The notes below the pieces were generated by a model. That model was not told the DNA's origin and searched no databases. It saw only the letters and a list, made by a program, of their open reading frames with translations. The position numbers and the translations under genes were made by a program. A stretch of 64,000 nucleotides of DNA from Myxococcales bacterium. GTDB taxonomy: Bacteria > Myxococcota_A > Polyangia > Polyangiales > DASUME01. The DNA lies in contig JASGJH010000001.1 in assembly GCA_047601445.1 (NCBI GenBank), positions 7,968,001-8,032,000 of the forward strand, read 5' to 3'. Shown piece after piece: positions 40,669 to 50,434 of this stretch. Position 1 is the first letter of the stretch; each line of letters opens with the position of its first letter.

Positions 40669-41622
40669 TCAGACGCCGCCGTCGTGCGCACCGGCGTCGC
40701 CGGCGCCCGCGTCACCCGCGGGGGTCACGGGGTTCATGTCAGGGGCGCATGCCTTTGTGCCGAGCAGCGTCTGGCAGGTGTAGCCCGCGTGCTTGCAGTC
40801 GGCCGTGGTCGCGCACTTCTCGGCGCACTGGCCGCCGCTGCCGTAGATCACGCCGGCGCAGATGCCTTCGCTGCTGCCGCAGTCGGTGTCCGCCGCGCAG
40901 GTGGCGCTGCAGGAACCCTGCACGGGCGCTCCGCCGTCGGTGCCTTCGGAGGCGCCGGTGCAGTTGCCGGGGGCGCACTCGGCGTCCTCCGAGCAAGCCT
41001 TGCCGACGACCGCGTCGGTGATGGGCGTAACCATGGGCTTGGGCTGGCAGGTCTTGGGGATGCCGCCGGTGATCAGGCCCGCGAACATGCCGATGCCGGG
41101 GATGCCGTTGAGGGCGCCGTCCTTGATCATCGCGCACTCGTAACCATCACGGCAGTCCGTGTTGGCTTCGCACTTCTTGCGGCATTCGCCGGAGAGGGCA
41201 CCGGTCAGACCGCCGCCGCCGCCGCCGAGGAAGCCCGACAGGGTGGAGGGCAGGATGCCGAAGCAAGCGCCGCCGGTGTTGCAATCCGCGTCGGACTTGC
41301 AGGTGGCCGTGCAGTAGTTGCCGGGGGTGGGCATGGAGAGGTCGATGCCCTGGCCGATGAAGCCGCCGAGCAGCATGGGCAGCATGCCGCCCGTGAGCTG
41401 CTTCGCACACTTGCCGGTGGGGCCGCAGTCGCCGTCGATGCTGCACATGTTGCCGGCCACGTTCGGCTCCAGCAGCGGCTTGGCAGGCGGTGGCGTGGAA
41501 TCGCCGTCGCCGTCGCCGTCGCCCTGATCGTTGTTGTTGCTGCTGCTGTCGTCACCGCAGGCGGTCGCGAGCATGAGTGCGCCGATCGCGGCGAGTAGCT
41601 TCCATCCAGTGCTGCTGGCCAT
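40669..41622 (-). CDS. Cys-rich lipoprotein
   Basis: GGAGG RBS, lipobox ATAC, GDGDGDG linker, repeated C..DADC modules. Confidence 0.82.
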   Translation of the reverse strand: MASSTGWKLLAAIGALMLATACGDDSSSNNNDQGDGDGDGDSTPPPAKPLLEPNVAGNMCSIDGDCGPTGKCAKQLTGGMLPMLLGGFIGQGIDLSMPTPGNYCTATCKSDADCNTGGACFGILPSTLSGFLGGGGGGLTGALSGECRKKCEANTDCRDGYECAMIKDGALNGIPGIGMFAGLITGGIPKTCQPKPMVTPITDAVVGKACSEDAECAPGNCTGASEGTDGGAPVQGSCSATCAADTDCGSSEGICAGVIYGSGGQCAEKCATTADCKHAGYTCQTLLGTKACAPDMNPVTPAGDAGAGDAGAHDGGV

Positions 41623-41817
41623 GGCCAAGTCCTCCAAAAGAGTGTCCGAAGGGTCGAACGAGGCCCGGAACCTACACGCAGCGTTTCCAAAACTCCATAC
41701 CCGGGGGCCCTCACGAATTGATTGAGCGTGCAGAATCGACAGCCTCGCACCCTTTTTCTGGCCGGAACGGATCTCTGAAGCGGAATTGCGAGTGTCCATG
41801 CTAAGCGGGATCTCGCC

Positions 41818-43542
41818 TTGGACACCGACCGCCGTGCGCAGCGTCATGGGGCCTGGATCGCAGTCGCCCTGGTGTGCGCAGGCGGCAAGCTATGGCAGCA
41901 GGGCGTGAGCGGTCAGGTGGTGCTCGGCGCTGCTGCCGATGGGCTCTTTATCGCGCTCTTTGGGCTAGTCATGGCCTGTGGCGCAGACCCCATCGCGCGG
42001 CGTCGGCCAGCCGTCGCCAGGGGCTTCGACCTGCTGCTTGGGCTGGGGCTCGCGGCCTGCCTGGGCTTGGTGTTCGCCCACACCTGGTTCTTCGATGCGG
42101 CCATCGAGCGGCGCCTGACCGTCTTCGACGTGACCTCCGCCGGGGTCGCCGAGTTCTTTCGCGAGGTCCTGCCCGCTGCGGGGAGGCTGGCGCTCCTGGT
42201 CTGGCTGGGGTTCGCCGCGCTCCTCGGTTGGGGGCTCGGGCGCGTGCTCAGGACCCCTCCGTTGCCGGCCCAGGCCTTCGCCGCATGGCTGGCGCTCGCG
42301 CTGTCCGTGGCGATCTGGGGTGCCCGCGCGCCGCGCGTTCCCTCCGTGCTCTTCGACAGTGCCGCCGAGCTCTGGGCCATCGTCTCGCTACCGAAGCTCG
42401 AGCCCACCCGCGATCAAGCGGCGCGCAAGCTAGCGCGTGAACTCACGCCGGGACCCTCGGACCAGCTGCCGTCCCGTGCGCAAGCGGGGACGGGCCCGCT
42501 GCCCTTCCGCAAGCTCGTGGTGCTCGTGATGGAGACCATGACCTCGTCTCGAATGGCCGACGAGAGCCGCGCGCTCCCCGCCGCCACCTTCGTGCACAGT
42601 GGGCTTTCGCACGCCCACCGTTACGCGCAGCACGTGCCCAACAACCAGGACAGCCGCACCGGCATGCTCAACATGCTGTTCTCTCGGCTCATCCCTTACG
42701 AGGCCTATACCGACCAGGGGTTGGCTGGTTACGCCGGCTTGAGCCGCAAGCCGAGCCTCGTCGATCGCCTGCAGGCGCTCGGCTATCGGAGCGCGTTCGC
42801 CGTCTCGCAGGTCGCACTGGAGGAGGTCGTGCGCGACTTGCATTGGGATCAGTTCCTGCACTGGAGCGAAGCCGAGATCGAGCAGCAACGCGCCCGCTTC
42901 GTCTGCCTGGCTCCGGACATCTACGAGAATGGCTGCGAGGATCGCGCGCTCCTGCCCAAGGTGCTCGCCTTCTTGAGCGAACACGAGCGGGCCTTCGTGT
43001 ACCAGGAGTTCATCTGGGGCCACGCGCCCGAGTACAACGAGCGCACGGGCCTCACCAACACGGCTTATTACTCTGCCTACGTGGATGCGTTGCTCGCGGG
43101 CCTACGCGCGCGGGAGCTCGAGCGGGACACGCTCATCGTGCTCACGTCCGACCACGGGTTTCGCGACAAGAGCCTGCAAACCCAGCGCTGGGTCTACGAG
43201 ATTCCGCTCTGGTTCTTCAGCGCCGACGCCGTCCCCAGTGAGCGGCGCACCCTGACCTCGCACGCGGATTTCGAGCGCTTGTTGATGCGCGAACTCGGCT
43301 TGGGAGCCAGCGCGGCGCGTGATGCTCCGGCGCTCGTGGTGGGGCCCACCGGAAACGGCATGCTCACGGCGCTGGGCGAGGGCGCTGCGCTCGTGTCGAT
43401 GCGGCGAAGGGGGCCCCTCACGCTGTTGGTGCGGGACTCGGCCCCGAACTCGGAAGACCTCGGGGGCCTGGACGCGGCACAACTACTGGGCGGGTTCGAG
43501 CTCTATCGCCAGGACTTCGACGCCTGGCTCGCTGCACCCTGA
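41818..43542 (+). CDS. Membrane protein with sulfatase/LTA-synthase-like domain
   Basis: About five TM helices; VLVMET, HAPEY, DTLIVLTSDHG. Confidence 0.72.
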   Translation: MDTDRRAQRHGAWIAVALVCAGGKLWQQGVSGQVVLGAAADGLFIALFGLVMACGADPIARRRPAVARGFDLLLGLGLAACLGLVFAHTWFFDAAIERRLTVFDVTSAGVAEFFREVLPAAGRLALLVWLGFAALLGWGLGRVLRTPPLPAQAFAAWLALALSVAIWGARAPRVPSVLFDSAAELWAIVSLPKLEPTRDQAARKLARELTPGPSDQLPSRAQAGTGPLPFRKLVVLVMETMTSSRMADESRALPAATFVHSGLSHAHRYAQHVPNNQDSRTGMLNMLFSRLIPYEAYTDQGLAGYAGLSRKPSLVDRLQALGYRSAFAVSQVALEEVVRDLHWDQFLHWSEAEIEQQRARFVCLAPDIYENGCEDRALLPKVLAFLSEHERAFVYQEFIWGHAPEYNERTGLTNTAYYSAYVDALLAGLRARELERDTLIVLTSDHGFRDKSLQTQRWVYEIPLWFFSADAVPSERRTLTSHADFERLLMRELGLGASAARDAPALVVGPTGNGMLTALGEGAALVSMRRRGPLTLLVRDSAPNSEDLGGLDAAQLLGGFELYRQDFDAWLAAP

Positions 43543-43560
43543 AGAGAAAACGGGCGCGCC

Positions 43561-44679
43561 TTACCCGGCCTTCAACAACCCTGCGCTCGCCGTGCTCGAG
43601 GAGCGAGCGCCCAGCTCGCGCATGTGATGCCCGATGCGCGCGATGGCCGGACCGCACTCCGGGGCGAAGCTCGCGAAGAGCTGGAATACGTGCACCATGC
43701 CGGGTTCCACCTGGTGCACCACCTCCACACCGGCGCGCCGCGCGTTCTCGGCCAAGAGCGTGTTCTCCGAGAAGAACAGCTCTGCGTCTCCGCTCTGGAT
43801 CAACAGGGGCGGCAGGCCGGAGAGATCGGCAAACAGCGGCGACACCTCGGGATGACTGGGATCGTGCCCCTGCAGGTAGTGCCGCGCGCCAAAGCCCAGG
43901 CTGTCCGGCGTGAGGTAGTCGTACTGGGCGTTACCTTGCACCGACGCGCCCGTGAAGGTGAGGTCGACCCAGGGCGATAGCAGCACGCCGCCGCGCGGTA
44001 GGGGCACGCCGCTCTGCTTGGCGCGCAACATCACCGCCAGCGCCATGCCGCCGCCCGCCGAGTCACCGCCGAGGAAGATGCGCTCGGGCGGGACCCCCGA
44101 GGCGAGCAGGGCGCGGTAGGCCTCTTCGCCGTCGTCGACGGGAATCGGATACGGGTACTCGGGGGCCTTGCGATAGTCGACGCTGATGCAGCGCGCCCCC
44201 GACGCGCGCGCGATGCGCGTGAGCAGATCTCGATGGGTGGCCGGGGAACCCGCGATGTAGCCGCCGCCGTGGAAGTAAAGGAGGGTAGGTCCGTCGGGGG
44301 TCCAGCGGCGCGGCGTGAAGATCTCAGCGTAGCTCTGGCCGTGGCTCGTGCGCTGGTGGCGCACCGAGAAGCGCAGGTGCAGCGGGATGGGCGCCGTCAT
44401 GAGGCTGCGGCGCAGCACGTTCGGCTCCACGTCGAGCAGCCGCAGCGTGGTATTGCGGGCAATCTCCGCGACCAGTTCCTTGCGAAAGCTCCACAGCGGA
44501 TGCCGGCGTCCCCGGAACAAGCGCCGGAACAGCACGACCCAGAAGGTGGGAATCACCACCGCGAGGAACAGCAAAAGGGCTCCCCAGGAGGGCAGTAAGC
44601 TGCGCTTTCTTCGAAGCTGGACCGAGCTGACGGGCAAAAGAGCGACTCCACGTGGAGAACGAGTCCCCCTGCCTATCAC
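43561..44679 (-). CDS. Alpha/beta hydrolase, HSL-family esterase/lipase (start uncertain)
   Basis: HGGGY, DYRKAPE, GDSAGG, HVF. Confidence 0.9.
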   Translation of the reverse strand: MIGRGTRSPRGVALLPVSSVQLRRKRSLLPSWGALLLFLAVVIPTFWVVLFRRLFRGRRHPLWSFRKELVAEIARNTTLRLLDVEPNVLRRSLMTAPIPLHLRFSVRHQRTSHGQSYAEIFTPRRWTPDGPTLLYFHGGGYIAGSPATHRDLLTRIARASGARCISVDYRKAPEYPYPIPVDDGEEAYRALLASGVPPERIFLGGDSAGGGMALAVMLRAKQSGVPLPRGGVLLSPWVDLTFTGASVQGNAQYDYLTPDSLGFGARHYLQGHDPSHPEVSPLFADLSGLPPLLIQSGDAELFFSENTLLAENARRAGVEVVHQVEPGMVHVFQLFASFAPECGPAIARIGHHMRELGARSSSTASAGLLKAG

Positions 44680-44845
44680 ACCCGGGGGTGTTCTAAGCGC
44701 TCACAAGTGTGGTTGGGTAGCGCCGATTACAACCGATTTCCCTGCCTTGACATCCCCCTTTGCGGCATGCTTACTGACGCTGCACTCACTATCGCTAGCC
44801 GGGGACAAACCGGCGCGGCCCAAAGCAATCCGGGGAGAAGTCGCG

Positions 44846-45874
44846 ATGCAGACCTGGCAGCGTTGGCTGGCGAAACGAGAGTCCTGGCGCGAACAGCTCC
44901 ATGCCGGCATCGCCAGCGTGATGCCCGGGCTCGACCCCGCCTACCGCGAACGCTGCGCCGACGTGATCGAGCGGCTCGGTCGCTACTTCGATCCCGAGGT
45001 GCGCGGGCTCTCGAACCTGCCCGCCCGGGGCCCCTATCTGCTGGTGGGAAACCATTCGGGCGGGGCCTACACCCCCGACGCGCCGATCTTCGCGGCCGCC
45101 TACCTGCGCCACTGGGGCATGAGCGCGCCCCTGCGGCCCCTCGCCCACAACCTGCTTTTCAGCCTGCCTAGCGTGCGGACCTTCATGCAGAGGATTGGGG
45201 CGCTGCCGGCGAGTCCGCAGAACGCGGCGCAGGCCCTGGCGCGCGGGGAGATCGTGCTGGTCTATCCGGGCGGTGATTACGAGTCGCAGCGCCCGTTCAC
45301 CCAGAGTCGGCGCGTGGACTTCGGCGGTCGCAAGGGCTTCATTCGTCTGGCGCTGGAGCAGGGGGTGCCCGTGATCCCCGTGGTTTGCCACGGGGCCAAC
45401 GAGACAGTCGTTACGCTCACGCGGGGCGAGTGGTTGGCCAAAGTCACCGGGCTGACTCACATGACGCGCACCAAGGTCTTGCCGCTGCGCTTGAGTCTGC
45501 CCTTCGGCGTGGTGCCCGCCTTCGTGCCTCATTGGCCGCTGCCCTCCAAGATCACCATCGAGGTCGGGCATCCCATGGCGTGGCGTCACTTCGGCCCGGA
45601 AGACGCCAAGAACCCGGCGCTGATCGACGCGCTCTACGACGACATCGTGGGCGTGATGCAGCAAACCCTGGACGGGCTGTACCGCGAGCGACCCAACCCC
45701 TATGCCGCGCGCGCCTCACGCTCGGTCGCCAGCAAACACGCGATCTGGCCGGCCTTGCCCCACCGTGCGCTGGCTCTGCGCGAGCGCCCGAGCGCGCCCG
45801 TGCGTCGGCCGATCCCGCGGGTCATCAATCTGGCCGAGCGTCGTCAGCGATCGTCGCGCCACGCGGCGCGTTAG
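44846..45874 (+). CDS. Lysophospholipid/diacylglycerol acyltransferase family
   Basis: NHSGG...D, VYPGG, GFIRLAL..GVPVIPV; GGAGA RBS. Confidence 0.88.
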   Translation: MQTWQRWLAKRESWREQLHAGIASVMPGLDPAYRERCADVIERLGRYFDPEVRGLSNLPARGPYLLVGNHSGGAYTPDAPIFAAAYLRHWGMSAPLRPLAHNLLFSLPSVRTFMQRIGALPASPQNAAQALARGEIVLVYPGGDYESQRPFTQSRRVDFGGRKGFIRLALEQGVPVIPVVCHGANETVVTLTRGEWLAKVTGLTHMTRTKVLPLRLSLPFGVVPAFVPHWPLPSKITIEVGHPMAWRHFGPEDAKNPALIDALYDDIVGVMQQTLDGLYRERPNPYAARASRSVASKHAIWPALPHRALALRERPSAPVRRPIPRVINLAERRQRSSRHAAR

Positions 45875-45879
45875 GACGC

Positions 45880-47028
45880 CTAGAGCGTGGTCTCGAGGAG
45901 CGGCCACAGCTCGGGGCGCGCGGCGGCGATGCTGGCCCCCATCGCCACCACATGCTCGGGGTTCAGATCGGTGCGCAACTTGCGGCCGAAGTACTCGCTC
46001 ACCATCGACTGCAGGAGCGTGAGGCGCGAACTGCCGCCCGCCAGGAACACCGCCTGGATGTCGCGCGCCCGCAGGCCCGCGCTGGAAAGCACGGCGTCGC
46101 AATGGCCGAAGGTGCGGCGGATGAGCGGGCCCGCCGCCGCGTTCAGCATGTCCCGGTCGACGAAGGCCTCCGTGAGGGAGGGCGGAGCCGCGGGATCGAT
46201 GGCGGTAATGTCGAGGCGCTGTCGCTCGTGCTCCGCGAGGCCGCACTTGGCTTCCTCGCAGGCCAGCACCAGGCGCGCGAAGGTGACCGGCTCCGAGCGC
46301 AGATCCCAGCCCGCCGTACGCAGCACGCGCTCGCACACCATCTCGGCCAGGCTGCGATCGATGTCGTCGCCTCCGAGATAGGCATCGCCCTCGTTGCCGA
46401 GCACCTTGAACGGGAAGGTGGTGCAGTCGATGACCGCGAAGTCGAAGGTGCCGCCCCCGAAGTCGTAGACGGCCGCGTAGCGCAGGCTCGCGCGCTGCAG
46501 GTAGGCGATGGCGGTGGCGACCGGCTCCTCGATCACCTTCACGTCGGCGAAGCCCGCGCGCGACATGGCCTCCAAGGTGGCGCGCCGGGCCGGCTCGCGG
46601 AACGAGGTCGGCACGGTGATGACGGTGGATAAGCCGTCGGGCGCGATGTCGCTGCGCATGCACAGGTGGGAGACGATCAGCGAGGCGACTTCGACCGGAC
46701 GGATGCGGCCTGCGCGCGTCTCGAACTGCACGCCGCCCTCGGGGCTCTGCACGAGCTCGTGGGGATACTGCTCGCGAAACTGTCGCGTGGCGTAGGAGGT
46801 CCAGTTCTCGCCCATCAAGCGCTTGGATGCGTAGATGGTGTTGCGCGGATCGATGGCGCGTCGCTGCCGGGCCTCCGCGCCGACGATGGCGCCGCCGCCC
46901 GGCAAGAGTCCCACCACGGAAGGCATCAGCGTGGAGCGGGCTTCGCCGTCGACGAGGGGCAATACCTGCGCGCTACGAGCGGCCACGCTGTTGGTGGTGC
47001 CGAGGTCGATCCCGAGTGAGCGTCGCAT
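45880..47028 (-). CDS. Hsp70-family protein, nucleotide-binding domain only
   Basis: GIDLGTTNS, EPVATAIAY, DFGGGTFD, LGGDDID, LAGGSSRL, NPEHVVAMGA; ends at 382 aa. Confidence 0.88.
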   Translation of the reverse strand: MRRSLGIDLGTTNSVAARSAQVLPLVDGEARSTLMPSVVGLLPGGGAIVGAEARQRRAIDPRNTIYASKRLMGENWTSYATRQFREQYPHELVQSPEGGVQFETRAGRIRPVEVASLIVSHLCMRSDIAPDGLSTVITVPTSFREPARRATLEAMSRAGFADVKVIEEPVATAIAYLQRASLRYAAVYDFGGGTFDFAVIDCTTFPFKVLGNEGDAYLGGDDIDRSLAEMVCERVLRTAGWDLRSEPVTFARLVLACEEAKCGLAEHERQRLDITAIDPAAPPSLTEAFVDRDMLNAAAGPLIRRTFGHCDAVLSSAGLRARDIQAVFLAGGSSRLTLLQSMVSEYFGRKLRTDLNPEHVVAMGASIAAARPELWPLLETTL

Positions 47029-47064
47029 TGTGCTCCAGGGATGTAGCCTGATTTGGCGACCTGT

Positions 47065-48477
47065 TCAAAAGCGTGATGCGGGTTCTTGGCGCGGAATTAA
47101 GAGTTCCTGCACCGCTTGCGGGAGGTACTGCGCGAGCTCCTCCGGGTGAGGCAACAGGTTGGCCGCCGCCAGGAAGCCAAAATCGACCTGGTCCGCATAG
47201 CTCATTACGGTGATGTTGAGTCCCACCCCTTCGACCACTGGGCCGAGCGGATAGGCCGCGACGAGCCGCGAGCCGACGAAATAGAGCGGCACGCGCGGGC
47301 CCGGCACGTTGGAGATCGACACGTTGTAGAGCGGTCGATGTCGTTCAGCGATACGATATTTGGTGTACAAGCGCGCCGCAGTGCTGAAAACACGGGGTGC
47401 CATCAGCTCCGCCCAGCTGCTCACCATGTCGCCGCCGAGCAGGCTGTGCTCCTCCTTCGCCCCGCGCGTCACGGCCCGAATCACGCTCACCCGCTCCTGG
47501 GGATCCTCCAGGTTCGTGGCGAGCGACGTGAACAGCGCCGAAATCTGGTTGCCGCCGGTTCGACCCCGACCGCGTACCGCGATGGGGCAGGCCGCGACCA
47601 GCGGGGCCAGCGGAAGCTCACCCCGACTCTCGAGATAGCGACGCAGGGTCCCGGCGCACAGGGCGAGCACGATGTCGTTGCTCGTGGCGCCGTGGATTTT
47701 TCGCATCGCCTTGATGTCGCTTTGCGACACGCGTGCAAAAGTCGCGCTGCGTTGCGCGGTGATGGGGGCGTTCCAGGGCGTGCGCGGTGCGTCCAGCAGC
47801 GTGGCCCCCGAGCGATGCTCCCCGCTCTGCCGACGCGCGTAGAAATCAGACAGCGCGCCCGAGGTGCGCCGGACCAGGTCGGCCAGATCGCGGCGCTTGC
47901 CCAGGCGGGATGCCACCGCGTCACGCAGCAGGGTGAACTCGTTGGGCACATCGTCGTCGTCGGTATCGTCCGCTTCGACAGGCGGCGGCGTCGGGGCGTC
48001 CGGCGAGACGCTGAACATGCTGGCCAGGAGCGATGCCCCCGTCATCCCGTCCGCGATGGAGTGGTGGACCTTGGCCACCAGGGCGAAGCGCCCGTGAGCG
48101 AGCCCCTCCACCACCCAGACCTCCCAGAGCGGGCGCGCCCGATCCAGCGGCGTACTCAAAATGCGCGCGGACAGATCGGCCAGCTCGCGAACGCCGTGGG
48201 GCGCGGGGCAACCCACGCGTCGGATGTGATGGATGGAGTCGAAGTGCGGATCCTTGACCCACACGGGATGGTCGATGCCGAAGGGGACTTCGACCAGGCG
48301 GTTGTGTAGCTCCGGTCGGCGGCGCGCTTCCTGCTCGATGCGGTCGTGCACGCGCTCGAACGAGTAGCCCTCCTTGGAGTCCTTGGGATCGAGCACTGCG
48401 ATCAGCGCCACATGCATGTGCATGGTAGGCGTTTCCACGTACAAGAACGACGCGTCCAAGCCGGTCAGTCGCTGCAT
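47065..48477 (-). CDS. Wax ester synthase/DGAT (WS/DGAT)
   Basis: LTGLDASFLYVE, HHSIADG catalytic motif, SNVPGP, GLNITVMSY. Confidence 0.93.
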   Translation of the reverse strand: MQRLTGLDASFLYVETPTMHMHVALIAVLDPKDSKEGYSFERVHDRIEQEARRRPELHNRLVEVPFGIDHPVWVKDPHFDSIHHIRRVGCPAPHGVRELADLSARILSTPLDRARPLWEVWVVEGLAHGRFALVAKVHHSIADGMTGASLLASMFSVSPDAPTPPPVEADDTDDDDVPNEFTLLRDAVASRLGKRRDLADLVRRTSGALSDFYARRQSGEHRSGATLLDAPRTPWNAPITAQRSATFARVSQSDIKAMRKIHGATSNDIVLALCAGTLRRYLESRGELPLAPLVAACPIAVRGRGRTGGNQISALFTSLATNLEDPQERVSVIRAVTRGAKEEHSLLGGDMVSSWAELMAPRVFSTAARLYTKYRIAERHRPLYNVSISNVPGPRVPLYFVGSRLVAAYPLGPVVEGVGLNITVMSYADQVDFGFLAAANLLPHPEELAQYLPQAVQELLIPRQEPASRF

Positions 48478-48556
48478 GCTCGAGCCACCCCGCAGGGAGA
48501 TTGGCCCACCGAAGCCGGCGTGGCCACAGCTCGTGCGAAGATTGGCCCGAACTCGC

Positions 48557-49516
48557 TCAGCCCGGCGGCAGTCTCAGCTCGACCACCAGTGGACAGTGAT
48601 CGCTGAGCTTGACGTGCTCGCTGGCGTTGCTAGCGGCGCTCGGCAATTCCAGGAAGCTGCCCGGCGTGAGCCAGCCCGTGGCGGGGCCCCCGAGCAAGAT
48701 GTGATCGACCGCCTGATGGGATTCCTTGGTGCAAGCCGCGCGGCGTGCCGGAGTGGCCTGGCTCAGCTTCAAGGACTGGGGCTCGCCGTCGTCCAGATCT
48801 CGCAAGACCTCGTCGCCAGCGTCGCTCATGGCCCGATTGAAATCACCGATCACGGCAAAGGCGCCGCCCTCGCGCGCTCGCGAGTCGACCCAGCCTTCGA
48901 GCGCGGGCAGCTGAGCCTTGAGCTGTTGACAGTCCTTGTCGGTGCTGTCGAGTGGACCCGTGGCGCAGAATGCCTTGAGGTGCACCGAGAGGAGGCGCAG
49001 CTCCTGTTCGCCGATCTTGATGCCGAGGTCGGCGCCCGCGCGCAGGTGCTGGCCTGCGAGTGAATCGAGATCGGGGTGGCTCACCGTGTTGAGCGAGCGT
49101 TTGTACACGAAGCCGCTGCGCTGGGAGCCGCCGCGATTGGCCAGATGATAGGCGTAGCGCTCCGGAGGAAACACCAGGGCGAGGGCAAGATCGCTCGCCA
49201 CTTCTTGCACGGCGATCACGTCGGCGTCGAGCTGCTTGGCTATCTGTGCGAGCGCCTGATAGTCGCGCCGATCGCGCGGCTTGGGGCCGCGTCCGGGCTC
49301 GTCGAGCCACTCGAGATTCCAGCTCGCGACGCGCACGCTGAGCGGGCCGAGTTTGGTGGCGGGCGCATCGGCCGCGGCCGCGGGCTTCTGATCCTTGGCG
49401 CCTACGATGCTCTTCACATAGGGCCTGATTTGATCGGCGCAGCGGGCGAAAAACAGCAGCGCCGAGAGGGCGAACCAGACGCGCATGGCCGTGCGACGTC
49501 GTGTGGAAGGAGGCAT
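48557..49516 (-). CDS. Exported endonuclease/exonuclease/phosphatase-family protein
   Basis: VASWNLEW, AVQEV, SVHLK, IGDFN, DHI, SDHCP; start at 49516 or 49486. Confidence 0.85.
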   Translation of the reverse strand: MPPSTRRRTAMRVWFALSALLFFARCADQIRPYVKSIVGAKDQKPAAAADAPATKLGPLSVRVASWNLEWLDEPGRGPKPRDRRDYQALAQIAKQLDADVIAVQEVASDLALALVFPPERYAYHLANRGGSQRSGFVYKRSLNTVSHPDLDSLAGQHLRAGADLGIKIGEQELRLLSVHLKAFCATGPLDSTDKDCQQLKAQLPALEGWVDSRAREGGAFAVIGDFNRAMSDAGDEVLRDLDDGEPQSLKLSQATPARRAACTKESHQAVDHILLGGPATGWLTPGSFLELPSAASNASEHVKLSDHCPLVVELRLPPG

Positions 49517-49572
49517 CGGAGGAGCAACGTGATCCGGGGGGAAGAGGCGGGCAAGTTTTGGTGGATGTGAGC

Positions 49573-49760
49573 GGGGAAGGAGGGTGGGGAGGAGTGGGAG
49601 GGGAGGGGGCGGTGGCGGGAGACCGTGGCCGTGACGGTGGCCGTGGCGGGAGACCGTGGCCGTGGCCGTGGCGGAGGCGGTGTCAGAAGCCGTGGCGGTC
49701 GCGGAGACTGTGGCGGCGGCGGAGACTGTGGCGGTGGCGGAGACCCGAACCGAGACTGAG
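49573..49760. repeat. G-rich tract followed by degenerate 6/18-bp repeats
   Basis: GGGG/GGGA runs, then (GTGGCC/GTGGCG/GAGACY)n, e.g. GGCGGAGACTGTGGCG twice at an 18-bp period. Confidence 0.8.
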
Positions 49761-49820
49761 GGCCGTGATTTGACTAAGGGGGGTTCACGCGGCACATCCC
49801 CGACCCGGGCTTCGGCCCGC

Positions 49821-49901
49821 GCGAGGATGGCGGAATGGCAGACGCGGCGGATTTAGGTTCCGTTGGGGCAACTCGTGGGGGTTCAAGTCCCCCTCCTCGC
49901 A
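49821..49901 (+). tRNA. tRNA-Leu(TAG), CCA not encoded
   Basis: GCGAGGA/TCCTCGC acceptor stem, D loop AATGGCAG, anticodon arm GCGGA-TTTAGGT-TCCGT, long variable arm, GGGGG-TTCAAGT-CCCCC. Confidence 0.96.
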
Positions 49902-50010
49902 CTTTCCCGAAGCCATTCCCGTCGGTTAAAGCATTCTGAAAACAAGCTGATTTCCCGCGCTTTTTGGTCAAAGCGGGGGATCGCCACGGAAAGCCGAGAC
50001 GGAACCTCGT

Positions 50011-50072
50011 TGCTCAGCTGTGCTCCTCAGTTCTCCCTAATGCTCCCGGGTCGTGGAGCCATCTTGGAGCCA
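50011..50072. promoter_or_regulatory. Putative att-arm sites: phased T(G/T)CTC x4 and TGGAGCCA x2
   Basis: TGCTC/TGCTC/TTCTC/TGCTC at 50011, 50021, 50031, 50041; TGGAGCCA at 50054 and 50065. Confidence 0.6.
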
Positions 50073-50196
50073 CTGTGGGTGCACGCTATTTCTGGATCGC
50101 CCTGTTTTGCAGCAACTCCGCCATGAGGGCGGGCGCGTTGACGGATCCAGGGGAGGGCAGGGAGCCCGACGCTGTGTGCGTCTCCGGAGGTGCTCG

Positions 50197-50412
50197 ATGA
50201 GCACCGTCGCTCTCTGGTTCTCGGTGGACGCGGTTGAAATCGCTGAGCTGCGTGAACGCGTTGACCGCAACGCTGAGCCATGGGCGGATGCCTTGGATGT
50301 CGCGCCTCGTCCGCACATCGAACTTTACGTGACCAGGATCATCGCCCGCATCGAGGTCCAGGCGGCCTATCGCGCAAGGGCGCTGCGTACGGAGCGCTGC
50401 AGCCAGCACTAA
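50197..50412 (+). CDS. Small hypothetical protein (71 aa)
   Basis: GGAGGTG RBS; MSTVALWFSVDAVEIAELRER... Confidence 0.6.
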   Translation: MSTVALWFSVDAVEIAELRERVDRNAEPWADALDVAPRPHIELYVTRIIARIEVQAAYRARALRTERCSQH

Positions 50413-50434
50413 CTCACGTCAGGAGAGCACAAAC

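Noticed and set aside
49517..49795. N-terminal extension of the nuclease ORF (ATATVSA repeats)
   Set aside because: Low-complexity repeat read-through; the signal peptide begins near 49516/49486.
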